A stretch of 64,000 bases of DNA, from NCBI GenBank assembly GCA_944363735.1, contig CALVVB010000063.1, forward strand, positions 11,296-75,295, in the 5' to 3' direction. Each line of letters opens with the position of its first letter. The first letter of the stretch is position 1. Both the position numbers and the translations under genes were made by a program. Positions 19,350 to 28,915 of the stretch are shown in pieces. The notes under the pieces were generated by a model that saw nothing but the letters and a program-made list of their open reading frames with translations, ran no database searches and was not told the origin of the DNA. This DNA is from an uncultured Bacilli bacterium. Its GTDB lineage: Bacteria; Bacillota_I; Bacilli_A; RF39; UBA660.

Positions 19350-19528
19350 AAAAATTAGGACTAACCTTTCCTTTATTTTTATAGGGTCAGATAGTGTATA
19401 AATAGTTTCATAAATATTTACAATTCTATTATCTATCTAGTCTTTAGTGTTATTAACACAAGGAAATTACCTGTTCCTTTTATCTATTCTATATAGACTT
19501 ATCTATAATGCTAGGTTTAAAAGGAAAT

Positions 19529-19613
19529 GCCGCACACTGTTCGTGTTCGAAGGACTATTGTTGTTCGTGTTACCAGTGTTGTTGACGTTACGCACGTTAG
19601 ACGTACTGTTGGT
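19529..19613 (-). repeat. DGR template repeat (TR)
   Basis: In the VR frame the minus strand reads aac agt acg tct aac gtg cgt aac gtc aac aac act ggt aac acg aac aac aat agt cct tcg aac acg aac agt gtg cgg c (10 AAC codons). It lies in a non-coding position and is homologous to two segments of the upstream gene. Confidence 0.85.
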
Positions 19614-19665
19614 AATTCCCTACTATAATTTATTTAATCTAATTAATTATAGCCTAACTTAATTA

Positions 19666-19703
19666 GTCAGGAATCTAGGAAATACATTCCCTAGATTCCT
19701 GAC
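19666..19703 (-). promoter_or_regulatory. perfect 14-bp-stem hairpin 2 nt after the target stop codon
   Basis: gtcaggaatctagg / cctagattcctgac with a 10-nt loop and no U-tract. Confidence 0.6.
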
Positions 19704-19705
19704 AC

Positions 19706-21580
19706 CTAACTACCTAGAGAAAGAACAAACGGATCGGATTTAGTACCTGTTCCTGAGGTTATCTCGACGTTAGATTTTAGATTTATTGATGGCCGCACAC
19801 CGTACAGGCGCGAAGGACTATTGCTGCTCGTGTCACCAGTGTAGCCGACGTAACGCACGTTAAACGAAGAGTATGGTGTTAAGGTCCAATAAGATGTTGT
19901 TAAACCTGTACTAGTACTTCCTCCTTTAACTGAATATCTTTCAAATTGTCCTGACATCAATTCTCCCATTCGTAGTAATCCTACTTTAGCATCTGTAGTA
20001 GATGAAGTTAAACTACTCATATTGTTGTCTGTATACTTGGCTAGTTTATATGAAGTACCACTTCCTACTGTTCCTAAATACCATGTTGTACTATCTTCTA
20101 TCATTGAACTATAACTACTACCCACGTAATTTGTTAGATAATTTCCATTTAAGAATGTACCTATTGTATTGGTACTTGAAAATGTTGTATTACTTCCAAA
20201 GGCGCTTGTTATAAACGTATCAGAATTCTTTAACGGTTCGGCACTTACTATCTTTGTACCTGTTCCATTTTCATGGCTTACTATTCTATATAGATTATTT
20301 TCGCCACTTCCAAATCTTATATATTCTCCACTATATCTACTTGAAAGTAGTGTTCCCGTGAGGTCTGTATCATTATCTCCATTCAAGCGATAAGGGTTAT
20401 CTGCTGTACCATAGCCATCTACAATTTTAACGCTGGATTTTAGATTTATTGATGGCCGCACACCGTACAGGCTCGAAGGAATATCGTAGTTCGTGTGACC
20501 AGAGTAGGTGACGTTACGTACGTAAGACGCACTGTATGGCGTTAAAGTCCACCAATAAAGTCCATTATTTAAATAACCATTACTATACGTTGTTTCATGA
20601 TAACTAGATTGATATTCATACATATTTAGTAAACCTACTGGTGCTGTTACAGTTGCCTCCCCATTTGGTCTTGTTATACTTCCTAAACTAGTTGCATCAA
20701 GTGTTGCATCCCATACTGCATCTGTTACAATGAACTTCTCATAATCTCTTAAGTTACCAAGAAAGCCATCTACTGTTGTATCATTGAGCCAATCTTCCAT
20801 ATAACTTCCTTCAAAAGCTGTATTACCACTTGCATTATATGTAGTTGCACTTATATTCCATTGTGTTACTAACTTAACTGTCTTTGCTTCATTATTTACA
20901 GATACTGCTCTCCAAAGTTTTCCACTATACCATATATAGTTATTAGGATCTTCTCCTGTTATGAAGGTATCAACTCCATCATCATATTGATTTTCCTTTG
21001 GTATATTATTAAGTAGAGCATTAGATACTGTAACGCCTTGTTCTCTATCATAACTTGTTACTACTATCTTACTCTTATATTCTTTACCTTGTGCACTATT
21101 ATCAGCATTATAATCTAACCACATCCATAATTGATATGTTACTTTATCACTTGGTTTTAATGTCGCTTCACTAGTTATATCAAATGAACCTGTTCCATAA
21201 CCACTAACCTTTACTACTCCACTATCATATCCATTATCTCCTGTTAGCCTCATCTTTAAATAAGAATTTGGTAAGGTATTATTAACATCTTCTTCTAATG
21301 ATACATGATAATATGCATTTATATTACCTGTATTAGTTATAGTAAAAGTATAAGGTGTAGTCTTTTGACCTTGTGCATCTGTCATAGGTGCTACATTATC
21401 TAAATTAATATTATTTCCTTCAGCAAAATCAACTTTTAATATCCCTGCTGTTAAACTAACTTTTTTATCTCCTTCTAAAGTCATTGTAAGTAAAGCATAA
21501 CTTGCCCCTGCTAAAACTATAACACTTATTACAATCGTTACTATTACTAATGCAATATATTTTTTTCTTGATTTATCCAT
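19706..21580 (-). CDS. DGR target protein, membrane-anchored, with two tandem VR-bearing modules
   Basis: N-terminal TM segment (YIALVIVTIVISVIVLAGA). Two modules end in ...WWTLTPYS..(VR)..LYGVRPSINLKS, and each contains a TR-homologous segment. Confidence 0.85.
   Translation of the reverse strand: MDKSRKKYIALVIVTIVISVIVLAGASYALLTMTLEGDKKVSLTAGILKVDFAEGNNINLDNVAPMTDAQGQKTTPYTFTITNTGNINAYYHVSLEEDVNNTLPNSYLKMRLTGDNGYDSGVVKVSGYGTGSFDITSEATLKPSDKVTYQLWMWLDYNADNSAQGKEYKSKIVVTSYDREQGVTVSNALLNNIPKENQYDDGVDTFITGEDPNNYIWYSGKLWRAVSVNNEAKTVKLVTQWNISATTYNASGNTAFEGSYMEDWLNDTTVDGFLGNLRDYEKFIVTDAVWDATLDATSLGSITRPNGEATVTAPVGLLNMYEYQSSYHETTYSNGYLNNGLYWWTLTPYSASYVRNVTYSGHTNYDIPSSLYGVRPSINLKSSVKIVDGYGTADNPYRLNGDNDTDLTGTLLSSRYSGEYIRFGSGENNLYRIVSHENGTGTKIVSAEPLKNSDTFITSAFGSNTTFSSTNTIGTFLNGNYLTNYVGSSYSSMIEDSTTWYLGTVGSGTSYKLAKYTDNNMSSLTSSTTDAKVGLLRMGELMSGQFERYSVKGGSTSTGLTTSYWTLTPYSSFNVRYVGYTGDTSSNSPSRLYGVRPSINLKSNVEITSGTGTKSDPFVLSLGS
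19792..19876 (-). repeat. variable repeat VR1 (C-terminal module)
   Basis: Aligns to TR over about 82 nt. By hand alignment, 15 of 18 mismatches fall at TR adenines on the coding strand. Encodes YSSFNVRYVGYTGDTSSNSPSRLYGVR. Confidence 0.85.
20455..20539 (-). repeat. variable repeat VR2 (internal module)
   Basis: Aligns to TR over about 82 nt. By hand alignment, 13 of 16 mismatches fall at TR adenines. Encodes YSASYVRNVTYSGHTNYDIPSSLYGVR. Confidence 0.85.
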
Positions 21581-21583
21581 ATT

Positions 21584-21958
21584 TTACTCCCCATCCTTAG
21601 TTTCATAATTATCTTTATCACATACTAAATGTGCTTTATACAAATATTCTTTATCACTTATTTTCTCAACTTCTACATAACTTTTAGTTATATTACAATC
21701 ATTATTATTAATATCCTTTATTTTCTCAATATATTCTTCTATAACTAAAGCACTTAATAATACTCTAGTATTATGATCTATTTCTTTAGGCAAATAATTA
21801 TTATAATCTAAAAAATAATCTTTACTAGCTTTAATCATATCTTTTTCTAATTTATTATAGTATTCCAACTTATTAGAAGAAATTAATCTACTAACACTAT
21901 ATAATACTATTATTATTAATAAACCAAATATAATTATAATAGTTACTTTCTTACTCAT
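21584..21958 (-). CDS. membrane-anchored protein with a pilin-C-terminal-like domain
   Basis: N-terminal TM segment. The C-terminal pattern LV.EEYIE.I.D...DC....SYVEV......Y.Y.AHLVC parallels the orphan pilin at 14213-14674. Its stop lies 4 nt upstream of the DGR target start. Confidence 0.55.
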   Translation of the reverse strand: MSKKVTIIIIFGLLIIIVLYSVSRLISSNKLEYYNKLEKDMIKASKDYFLDYNNYLPKEIDHNTRVLLSALVIEEYIEKIKDINNNDCNITKSYVEVEKISDKEYLYKAHLVCDKDNYETKDGE

Positions 21959-22560
21959 TTTTTTCTTCTTTTACTTTTATTTATTGGTAATACTTTTTTT
22001 TCATCAAATTTAATTAATATAATAGATATAGTTGATTCTATTAATATTGTAACAAAATATGTTCTCCAAAAAGCATCTACTATAATCATTCTACTTATAA
22101 AGAGCATACTTATTAAGTTATCTACTAACATTGCAAATATATATGTTGCAAGTATCATTAGTTTATTACCATCTGTATTCATATATAGATAATAATAAAT
22201 AGTTAGGTTAATCATCTGACTTGCAAGATATCCAAAAATCTCTCCTGTTATAGGAATATAATCAATATCTCTTTGTCCTAGTAAAGATGCTACTATCATA
22301 AAAAGCAACATTAAACATGCTGAATAACTTATAGCATTCATAGTTTCTTTATAACCAAACTTTTTAGTTATAATATTTGCAACAAAATATCTAAATGGAT
22401 AAGCAAAGATTGCAAAAGTTAAACTAGCTTTACCTATATTAAAATCAAACTTACCTAATACCCATCCTAGTATGGCTATTGCTGTTAACAATAATATATA
22501 TATCCAGCTTGACACTTCTTCATGTTTAATTACTGCTTTTCTAGCACTTCCCCTCGTCAT
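21955..22560 (-). CDS. VUT-family (YhhQ/DUF165) queuosine-precursor transporter
   Basis: Polytopic protein with FAYPFRYFVANIITKKFGYK resembling YhhQ (from memory). Confidence 0.6.
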   Translation of the reverse strand: MTRGSARKAVIKHEEVSSWIYILLLTAIAILGWVLGKFDFNIGKASLTFAIFAYPFRYFVANIITKKFGYKETMNAISYSACLMLLFMIVASLLGQRDIDYIPITGEIFGYLASQMINLTIYYYLYMNTDGNKLMILATYIFAMLVDNLISMLFISRMIIVDAFWRTYFVTILIESTISIILIKFDEKKVLPINKSKRRKK

Positions 22561-22587
22561 ATTAACTCCTCCTATTCTTTATCATTA

Positions 22588-22628
22588 CTATAACACAAAA
22601 AAAAGAAAAGAGAAAGCCTTTCTTTTCT
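22588..22628 (-). terminator. intrinsic terminator after the lipoprotein gene
   Basis: Minus strand reads gaaaagaaagg/ctttctcttttc (bulged stem) followed by T8. Confidence 0.55.
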
Positions 22629-22630
22629 TT

Positions 22631-23086
22631 TTATTTACAAGTAAAACCGTCAGCTTCTGCTTCTTTTTTAGTATCTTCGTATGTAGCTTTTTCATCAGCG
22701 ATATCATCTAAACCATATTCTGCTAAAGCATCATCACTTGCTTTTGTTAAATCAATTTCTAATGAGACATTATAAGTATGTTTATCTTTATTATTATTAG
22801 TTTTTAAACTAACACCATCTTTTTCTGTCTCTTCAAATTGTGAATCTAACATAGATACAAACATATCCCAGTTATCAATAATAGTATCATCAGTCGCTTC
22901 ATTATCAATGCTCATTTTAACATAAGTAACTTTATCATCTTTGAAAGTCATAGTTACTTCTTGATCCATCTTCATGCCACTATTCTCTTCACTATTTGTA
23001 CAAGTTAGTGTCTTTTCTCCACCACAACCTGTCATCAATAGTAATGAACCTGCTAAAATAGCAAATAATTTTACTCCTCTCACCAT
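22631..23086 (-). CDS. lipoprotein, unknown function
   Basis: Signal peptide with lipobox LLMTGC. Confidence 0.7.
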   Translation of the reverse strand: MVRGVKLFAILAGSLLLMTGCGGEKTLTCTNSEENSGMKMDQEVTMTFKDDKVTYVKMSIDNEATDDTIIDNWDMFVSMLDSQFEETEKDGVSLKTNNNKDKHTYNVSLEIDLTKASDDALAEYGLDDIADEKATYEDTKKEAEADGFTCK

Positions 23087-23239
23087 TTATCCTCCTTCCT
23101 ATTTCTATGGTACGTTATAGTTAAGAAAAAAGCAAGAAATATTTTTTTATAATTATGATGTTTTACACTTAATGTTTTTATCTTTAAAAGAAAGTTATAC
23201 TTTTATTTTTTTAGAATAAGTTTTATTAGGTGAAGTACT

Positions 23240-24289
23240 ATGAAAAAAGGATTAGTTATGTTGTTATTATTTTTAATACCATTAAATATTTTAGGTAAAG
23301 AAAATGTTTTTGATACTGCTGGGAGTAGTATTGTTATGGATTTAGATAGTGGTAGAGTTTTATATGAAAATAACGCTGATGAAAAACGTTTAATTGCCTC
23401 TATTACTAAAATAATGACTTGTATTATTGCAATCGAAGAAGGTGATTTAGATAAAAATGTTGAAGCTGGGGAAGAAATTTTAAAGATGTATGGAACTAGT
23501 ATTTATTTAGAACTAAATGAAAAAATGAAATTAATTGATTTACTTTATGGGCTTATGTTAAGAAGTGGTAATGACGCATCAGTAGTAATTGCTAGAGAAA
23601 TAGCTGGTAGTGAAGAAAACTTTGTTGAGATGATGAATAAAAAAGCTAAAGAAATTGGTATGACTAATACTACCTTTAGTAATCCTCATGGTCTTGATGA
23701 AGAAACAAAAAACTACTCTACTGCTAGAGATATGGCCAAACTATCAATGTATGCTTATAAAAATAAAACTTATAGAAAAATTATAGGAACAGAAGAATAC
23801 CGGGTAAAAACTGATAATAAAAGTTATCTCTGGTATAATAGAATGAAATTATTAGGAAGTTATAAATATTGTACTGGTGGTAAAAATGGTTATACCCCTA
23901 GTGCTGGTAAAACTTTAGTTACTACAAATAGAAAAAGAAATTTAAAATTGACTATCGTTACTTTAGATGATAATGATGAATATAATAATCATGAAAGATT
24001 AGCAGAATATATTTTTAATAATTATAATAACTATAATATCGTTGATAAAAAGGATTTTGATCTTGTAATTAATAATAATAAGTATTATATAAAAAGCTCT
24101 TTTAGTTATCCTTTAACAGATAAAGAAAAAGACAACGTCAAAGTCCTAGCTAACATTGATGATTCTTTAAGTACTGGTAAAGTTGGTAATATAAATATAA
24201 CTCTTAATAATAAGACCCTTAAAAAGATTCCTCTTTATATTGAAGAAAAAAAGAAAAAGGAAAACTTTTTTACTAAATTGTTTTCCTAA
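23240..24289 (+). CDS. D-alanyl-D-alanine carboxypeptidase (serine-type, PBP5-like)
   Basis: Contains SITK (SxxK) and SGN, with a signal peptide. Confidence 0.8.
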   Translation: MKKGLVMLLLFLIPLNILGKENVFDTAGSSIVMDLDSGRVLYENNADEKRLIASITKIMTCIIAIEEGDLDKNVEAGEEILKMYGTSIYLELNEKMKLIDLLYGLMLRSGNDASVVIAREIAGSEENFVEMMNKKAKEIGMTNTTFSNPHGLDEETKNYSTARDMAKLSMYAYKNKTYRKIIGTEEYRVKTDNKSYLWYNRMKLLGSYKYCTGGKNGYTPSAGKTLVTTNRKRNLKLTIVTLDDNDEYNNHERLAEYIFNNYNNYNIVDKKDFDLVINNNKYYIKSSFSYPLTDKEKDNVKVLANIDDSLSTGKVGNINITLNNKTLKKIPLYIEEKKKKENFFTKLFS

Positions 24290-25166
24290 ATCTAAAGAAA
24301 TTAATAGATGGTCTTGCATTAATTCTAACATCATATATATCTGTTCCTATTCCAGATGTTATATAAAACTTAGTACTATCAAATTCATAATATGAATTAA
24401 TGTATTTAGAAGCATAATCTTTAGAAGCAAAATTAAGTAAGTAAGGTATTCTAATTTCTCCTAAATGAGAATGACCTGCTAACGCCAAATCAACAGGATA
24501 TGTTTTTATAAAATTATCTATATAGTCTGGTTTATGAAATATTGCTATAGTATATATATTTTCATTATAATTAGTAAAGGCCCCATCATAATTAATTGTA
24601 TCACTATTAGTATTTAATCCTACTAACATAATTGGTTCATTACTTTCGTTATAAATTAATTCATTAGTATTATCTAATATTGTAAAACCACAATCTACTA
24701 AAATAGATATCGCTTCATCATTATCAGATTCCCCCAACACAGCATATTTACCTAAAGTTGCATCTATTTTTTTTAACTCTTTAACTAGTTTTTTCCTATC
24801 ATCTGGAGTTAAATCCTCATCACTCAATAAATCTCCTGTAAATAAAATTAAATCAGGTTTTCTTATCTTAATAGATTTAATTACATCTTTTAATAAGTTA
24901 TTATCACTATAATGTAAATCACCAAATTGAATAACTTTAATACCACTAAAGGACTCTGGTAATTTATTATTAACTATAGGCTCTTCATTAACTATTAAAG
25001 ATGTAGTACCTATTCTAGTAATATAGAGAAATGTAAAAAAGACAAGAAAAAATACTATAATAATAGATATTACAATTCTCTTAACTATCTTTTTTACTTT
25101 TTCTGTATGTTTTTCTCTATCTATATCTTTTTGTTTATCTTTATTTAATTCTATTCTACTATTCAT
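24273..25166 (-). CDS. membrane-anchored metallophosphoesterase
   Basis: GDLH, TGDL and GHSH motifs; N-terminal TM segment. Confidence 0.75.
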   Translation of the reverse strand: MNSRIELNKDKQKDIDREKHTEKVKKIVKRIVISIIIVFFLVFFTFLYITRIGTTSLIVNEEPIVNNKLPESFSGIKVIQFGDLHYSDNNLLKDVIKSIKIRKPDLILFTGDLLSDEDLTPDDRKKLVKELKKIDATLGKYAVLGESDNDEAISILVDCGFTILDNTNELIYNESNEPIMLVGLNTNSDTINYDGAFTNYNENIYTIAIFHKPDYIDNFIKTYPVDLALAGHSHLGEIRIPYLLNFASKDYASKYINSYYEFDSTKFYITSGIGTDIYDVRINARPSINFFRFRKTI

Positions 25167-25218
25167 TACTAATCCCTCTATAATAAGTATATAAGAAAAA
25201 AGTTTTTTTTTAAAGAGT

Positions 25219-26376
25219 TTAATTTCTTACTTTTTCAATTTCTTCTTTTAAAGCATCATAACTCATACTTCCAAAAGATGTAAAAGAAATGTTACCATTA
25301 GAATTTATGATATATGTATTGGGATATGTTGTTATATAGTATTTATCAAATAAATCATTTTTAGCCATTAAAGATGTAAAGGTATAGTTATTTTCTTTTA
25401 ATAATTTCACTATATCTTTTTTAGTATTACGAGATGTATTAGCAATACCTAATATAATAACATCATCCTGATTTTTATTATAATAATTATATAATTTCTC
25501 TATATTAGGAAGTTCATCTAAACATGAAAAACAATCTATGGCATAAAAATGTAAAATAATAGTTTTACCTATATAGTCATCCAAAGTATAAGTATTATTG
25601 TACTGATCTTTTAAAGTAAAGTTAATAGGTGTTGCCAGTTCTACTTTACCAGTGCTTTTTACAGTCTCCTCTTCTTTAATCGGTTTCATCATAAATCCTG
25701 TATAAGATACATATACTCCCATAATAATTATGATAATTGCCCCTATCTTAACAACATAGTTTAGGATATTTTGTTTCTTTTTAATTATGTTTAAAACTTC
25801 AGTAGTAAATAATCCTAAAATAATAAAAGGTAATAAAAAGCCTAAAGCATAAACTAAAACAAATAAATTTCCTATTAAAGTAGTACTTGCTGTACTTGCC
25901 ATAATTAAAGTTGATGATAAAGCAGGTCCAACACAAGGAGTCCAAGCAAAAGAGAATAAAAACCCCATTAGAAAAGCAGTTTTTTTACTCATCTTATTAG
26001 GATTAAAATTAATTTTTAACTTTTTTTCTTTATTCAGAAAATTAACTCTCAATATCCCTAATTGAAATAGTCCCAATATTACAATTAATAATCCACCTGC
26101 TTCTAAAAATATTTTTCTATTATCTTTAAAGAATAATCCTAATCCAGTAAAAGATAATCCTAATATAAAGAAAGACATTGATATACCAAAAATAAAGAAT
26201 AAAGTATAAATTAGAACTACTTTCTTTTTATAGGTAATGTTACCATCCTTATCTATATTTTTAGCATTACTAGCAAGATACCCCATATATAAAGGGATCA
26301 AAGGAATAACACATGGTGAGAAAAAGGATATTATTCCTTCTAAAAATACACCTGACATTTGAATTAATTCACTCAT
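25219..26376 (-). CDS. CcdA-type cytochrome c biogenesis/thiol-disulfide transporter fused to a thioredoxin-fold (TlpA/ResA-like) domain
   Basis: Membrane Cys motifs FFSPCVIP and WTPCVGP, with a C-terminal CFSC (CxxC). Confidence 0.75.
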   Translation of the reverse strand: MSELIQMSGVFLEGIISFFSPCVIPLIPLYMGYLASNAKNIDKDGNITYKKKVVLIYTLFFIFGISMSFFILGLSFTGLGLFFKDNRKIFLEAGGLLIVILGLFQLGILRVNFLNKEKKLKINFNPNKMSKKTAFLMGFLFSFAWTPCVGPALSSTLIMASTASTTLIGNLFVLVYALGFLLPFIILGLFTTEVLNIIKKKQNILNYVVKIGAIIIIIMGVYVSYTGFMMKPIKEEETVKSTGKVELATPINFTLKDQYNNTYTLDDYIGKTIILHFYAIDCFSCLDELPNIEKLYNYYNKNQDDVIILGIANTSRNTKKDIVKLLKENNYTFTSLMAKNDLFDKYYITTYPNTYIINSNGNISFTSFGSMSYDALKEEIEKVRN

Positions 26377-26426
26377 TAAATCACTCTCCTAAAAGATTTT
26401 AACAAAAATTAGAGTCAATAACAACT

Positions 26427-28226
26427 CTAATTTTCTTTAGTATTTAAGATAGCAAGAAAAGCATCCGGAGGTACTTCAACACTACCTATTTGCTTCATCT
26501 TCTTCTTACCTTCCTTTTGTTTTTCCAAAAGCTTTTTCTTACGAGTAATATCACCACCATAACATTTAGCAAGTACATCTTTTCTTAAAGCCTTTATATC
26601 AGTTCTTGCAATTACTTTATTTCCAATACTAGCTTGTACTGGCACTTCAAATAGTTGCCTTGGTATTACTTCTTTTAGTCTGTGAACTATTAATTTACCT
26701 CTATTATATGAGAAATCTTTATGAACAATAACACTTAAAGCATCTACTACTTCACCATTTAATAGTATATCTAACTTTACTAAATCACTAGGTTCATATC
26801 CTACCATTTCATAATCAAAAGAGGCATATCCTTTTGTAATTGATTTTAACTTATCAAAGAAATCATAAACTATTTCTGATAGTGGTAATTTGTAAATAAG
26901 ACATACTCTTTCATCATCCAAATAATTCATATTGATAAATGTTCCCCTTTTATCTTGACACAGTTCCATTAAAGAACCAATATAATCCTTTGGCGTATAA
27001 ATAGATGTCTTAACAAATGGCTCTTTTATTTCTTTTATCTTAACTCTAGGAGGCATTTTATTAGGAGCATCAACTTGTAAAACACTACCATCAGTAAGTG
27101 TTACTTCATAAATTACTGAAGGTGTTGTGGCTACTACATCAATATTAAATTCACGTTTTATACGTTCTATAGTCACTTCCATATGCAATAACCCTAAAAA
27201 ACCAGTTCTAAAACCAAAACCTAAAGCGACTGATGTTTCAGGCTCAAAGACTAATGCCGCATCATTTAACTTTAATTTAGATAAAGATTCTCTTAAATCT
27301 TCAAATTGATTAGTTTCAAGTGGATAAAGACCACAGTAAACAACACTTTTCAATTTCTTATATCCAGGCAAAGCCTCTATTTCATTCTTAGTAGAGTTTA
27401 AAGTTATAGTATCACCAACATGAACATCGCTAATACTTTTAATAGAAGCATAGATATAGCCCACTTCCCCTGTATTTAAAGTATTAACCTCTACTTCTTT
27501 AGGTGTATTTTTTAAAATTGATAACACTTCATAGTTAGCACTACTTTCTAGCATATAAATAGTATCACCTTTTTTTACACTACCATTAAAAATACGAACA
27601 GCAGTTAAAACACCACGATAAGAATCATACATACTATCAAAAATTAATCCTTGTAAAGGCTTATTACAATCACCTTTAGGAGCAGGTATTTTAGTAATAA
27701 TAGATTCTAATAATTCTTTTATTCCCTCACCTGTTTTAGCACTAGTTAAGATAATATCTTTTTCATCAAAACCTAAATTAGTAATCTCTTCTGTTACTTT
27801 AGGAATATCAGCACTAGGTAAGTCTATTTTATTAATAACAGGAATAATAGTTAAATTATTATCAAGAGCAAGATATAGATTTGCAAGAGTTTGTGCTTCT
27901 ATTCCCTGTGTTGCATCTACTACTAAAATAGCACCTTCACATGAAGCAAGAGAACGATTAACCTCATAAGAGAAATCAACATGACCAGGAGTATCAATTA
28001 AATTTAGTAAATATGTTTTATTATTATATGAATAATTAATTGATACAGCATTTAATTTAATAGTAATACCACGTTCTCTTTCTATATCCATAGAGTCCAA
28101 TAACTGAGCTTTCATTTCTCTTTCTGTAACTGCTTTAGTCTCTTCTAAAATTCTATCTGCTAAAGTACTTTTTCCATGATCTATATGAGCGATTATCGAA
28201 AAATTACGAATATTTTCTTGTTCCAT
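26427..28226 (-). CDS. lepA: elongation factor 4
   Basis: [28 protein letters not shown] and NKID motifs. Start trimmed to MEQEN behind RBS aggtga. Confidence 0.95.
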   Translation of the reverse strand: MEQENIRNFSIIAHIDHGKSTLADRILEETKAVTEREMKAQLLDSMDIERERGITIKLNAVSINYSYNNKTYLLNLIDTPGHVDFSYEVNRSLASCEGAILVVDATQGIEAQTLANLYLALDNNLTIIPVINKIDLPSADIPKVTEEITNLGFDEKDIILTSAKTGEGIKELLESIITKIPAPKGDCNKPLQGLIFDSMYDSYRGVLTAVRIFNGSVKKGDTIYMLESSANYEVLSILKNTPKEVEVNTLNTGEVGYIYASIKSISDVHVGDTITLNSTKNEIEALPGYKKLKSVVYCGLYPLETNQFEDLRESLSKLKLNDAALVFEPETSVALGFGFRTGFLGLLHMEVTIERIKREFNIDVVATTPSVIYEVTLTDGSVLQVDAPNKMPPRVKIKEIKEPFVKTSIYTPKDYIGSLMELCQDKRGTFINMNYLDDERVCLIYKLPLSEIVYDFFDKLKSITKGYASFDYEMVGYEPSDLVKLDILLNGEVVDALSVIVHKDFSYNRGKLIVHRLKEVIPRQLFEVPVQASIGNKVIARTDIKALRKDVLAKCYGGDITRKKKLLEKQKEGKKKMKQIGSVEVPPDAFLAILNTKEN

Positions 28227-28591
28227 AAACTTCACCTACTTAAAAATATAGTAACATCAGTTACTATATTATCATATTTTTAAAAGTTTTTTAACTATTG
28301 TATTGCTTTTTTGGAAAATCCAGTTGTTTTTATAATTATCTAAAACTTTTTTATATTTTCTTATACCGCATTTTTATTTATAAAGCTATTTAGTCCATTC
28401 ATATCAAACTTAAACAACAGACTTATTTTCGTATAATCTTCTATTATTTTATTTACAGTTTGAATTCTATGTATCTAAATCCCTAATAAAGAACATCTAA
28501 CAACTTCTTTCTATTGTGTTAGAACTTAATTCAAAGCTCTCTTGTAATTATGTGGTTATTATAATACTAAACCATATAGATAAATCAATAT

Positions 28592-28915
28592 TTAAGAAGA
28601 TACCGCTTCATTTAACATCTCAAAGAAAGCATTCATTCCTTTATTAAAAATATCTCCTATAAACTCTGATAAATCCAGCCCTAGGTCTGATACTTTATTA
28701 TCATAATTAACTTTATCTTTATTGAGATAATCTTTTATAGTTACATCCTTTCCGGCTGCTATGTCTTCCTCATATTCTTTTATTTGTTCTTCTGTTAACA
28801 TATTCTCTCTATTTTTAGTATATTCATTATAACCTGATGTTTGCATAAAGTATAAAATAAAGAAAAGAAATACTAATATTAAAACTATAAGTCTAGCAAG
28901 ATTAGTTTTGGTCAC
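28592..28915 (-). CDS. small membrane protein in the yqxA position
   Basis: 107 aa with one TM segment. Lies between spoIIP and lepA, as yqxA does in Bacillus. Assigned by synteny only. Confidence 0.45.
   Translation of the reverse strand: MTKTNLARLIVLILVFLFFILYFMQTSGYNEYTKNRENMLTEEQIKEYEEDIAAGKDVTIKDYLNKDKVNYDNKVSDLGLDLSEFIGDIFNKGMNAFFEMLNEAVSS

Noticed and set aside
19447-19662. 71-aa plus-strand ORF covering the GC-rich patch.
   Set aside because: It is the reverse strand of the DGR template repeat. The patch is explained by TR/VR homology, and the ORF has no RBS.
19666-19703. The 14-bp hairpin after the target stop codon as the operon terminator.
   Set aside because: No U-tract follows it, and the real hairpin-plus-T17 terminator lies at 19314-19349. 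I kept it as a structural or regulatory hairpin of unknown role. It is about 90 nt from the IMH-like sequence, farther than the VR-proximal hairpins described for other DGRs.
28236-28591. The 355-bp non-coding gap upstream of lepA as a possible RNA element.
   Set aside because: I found only a short inverted repeat (tagtaac/gttacta) and AT-rich promoter-like sequence. There is no convincing promoter-plus-terminator pair or extended helices.
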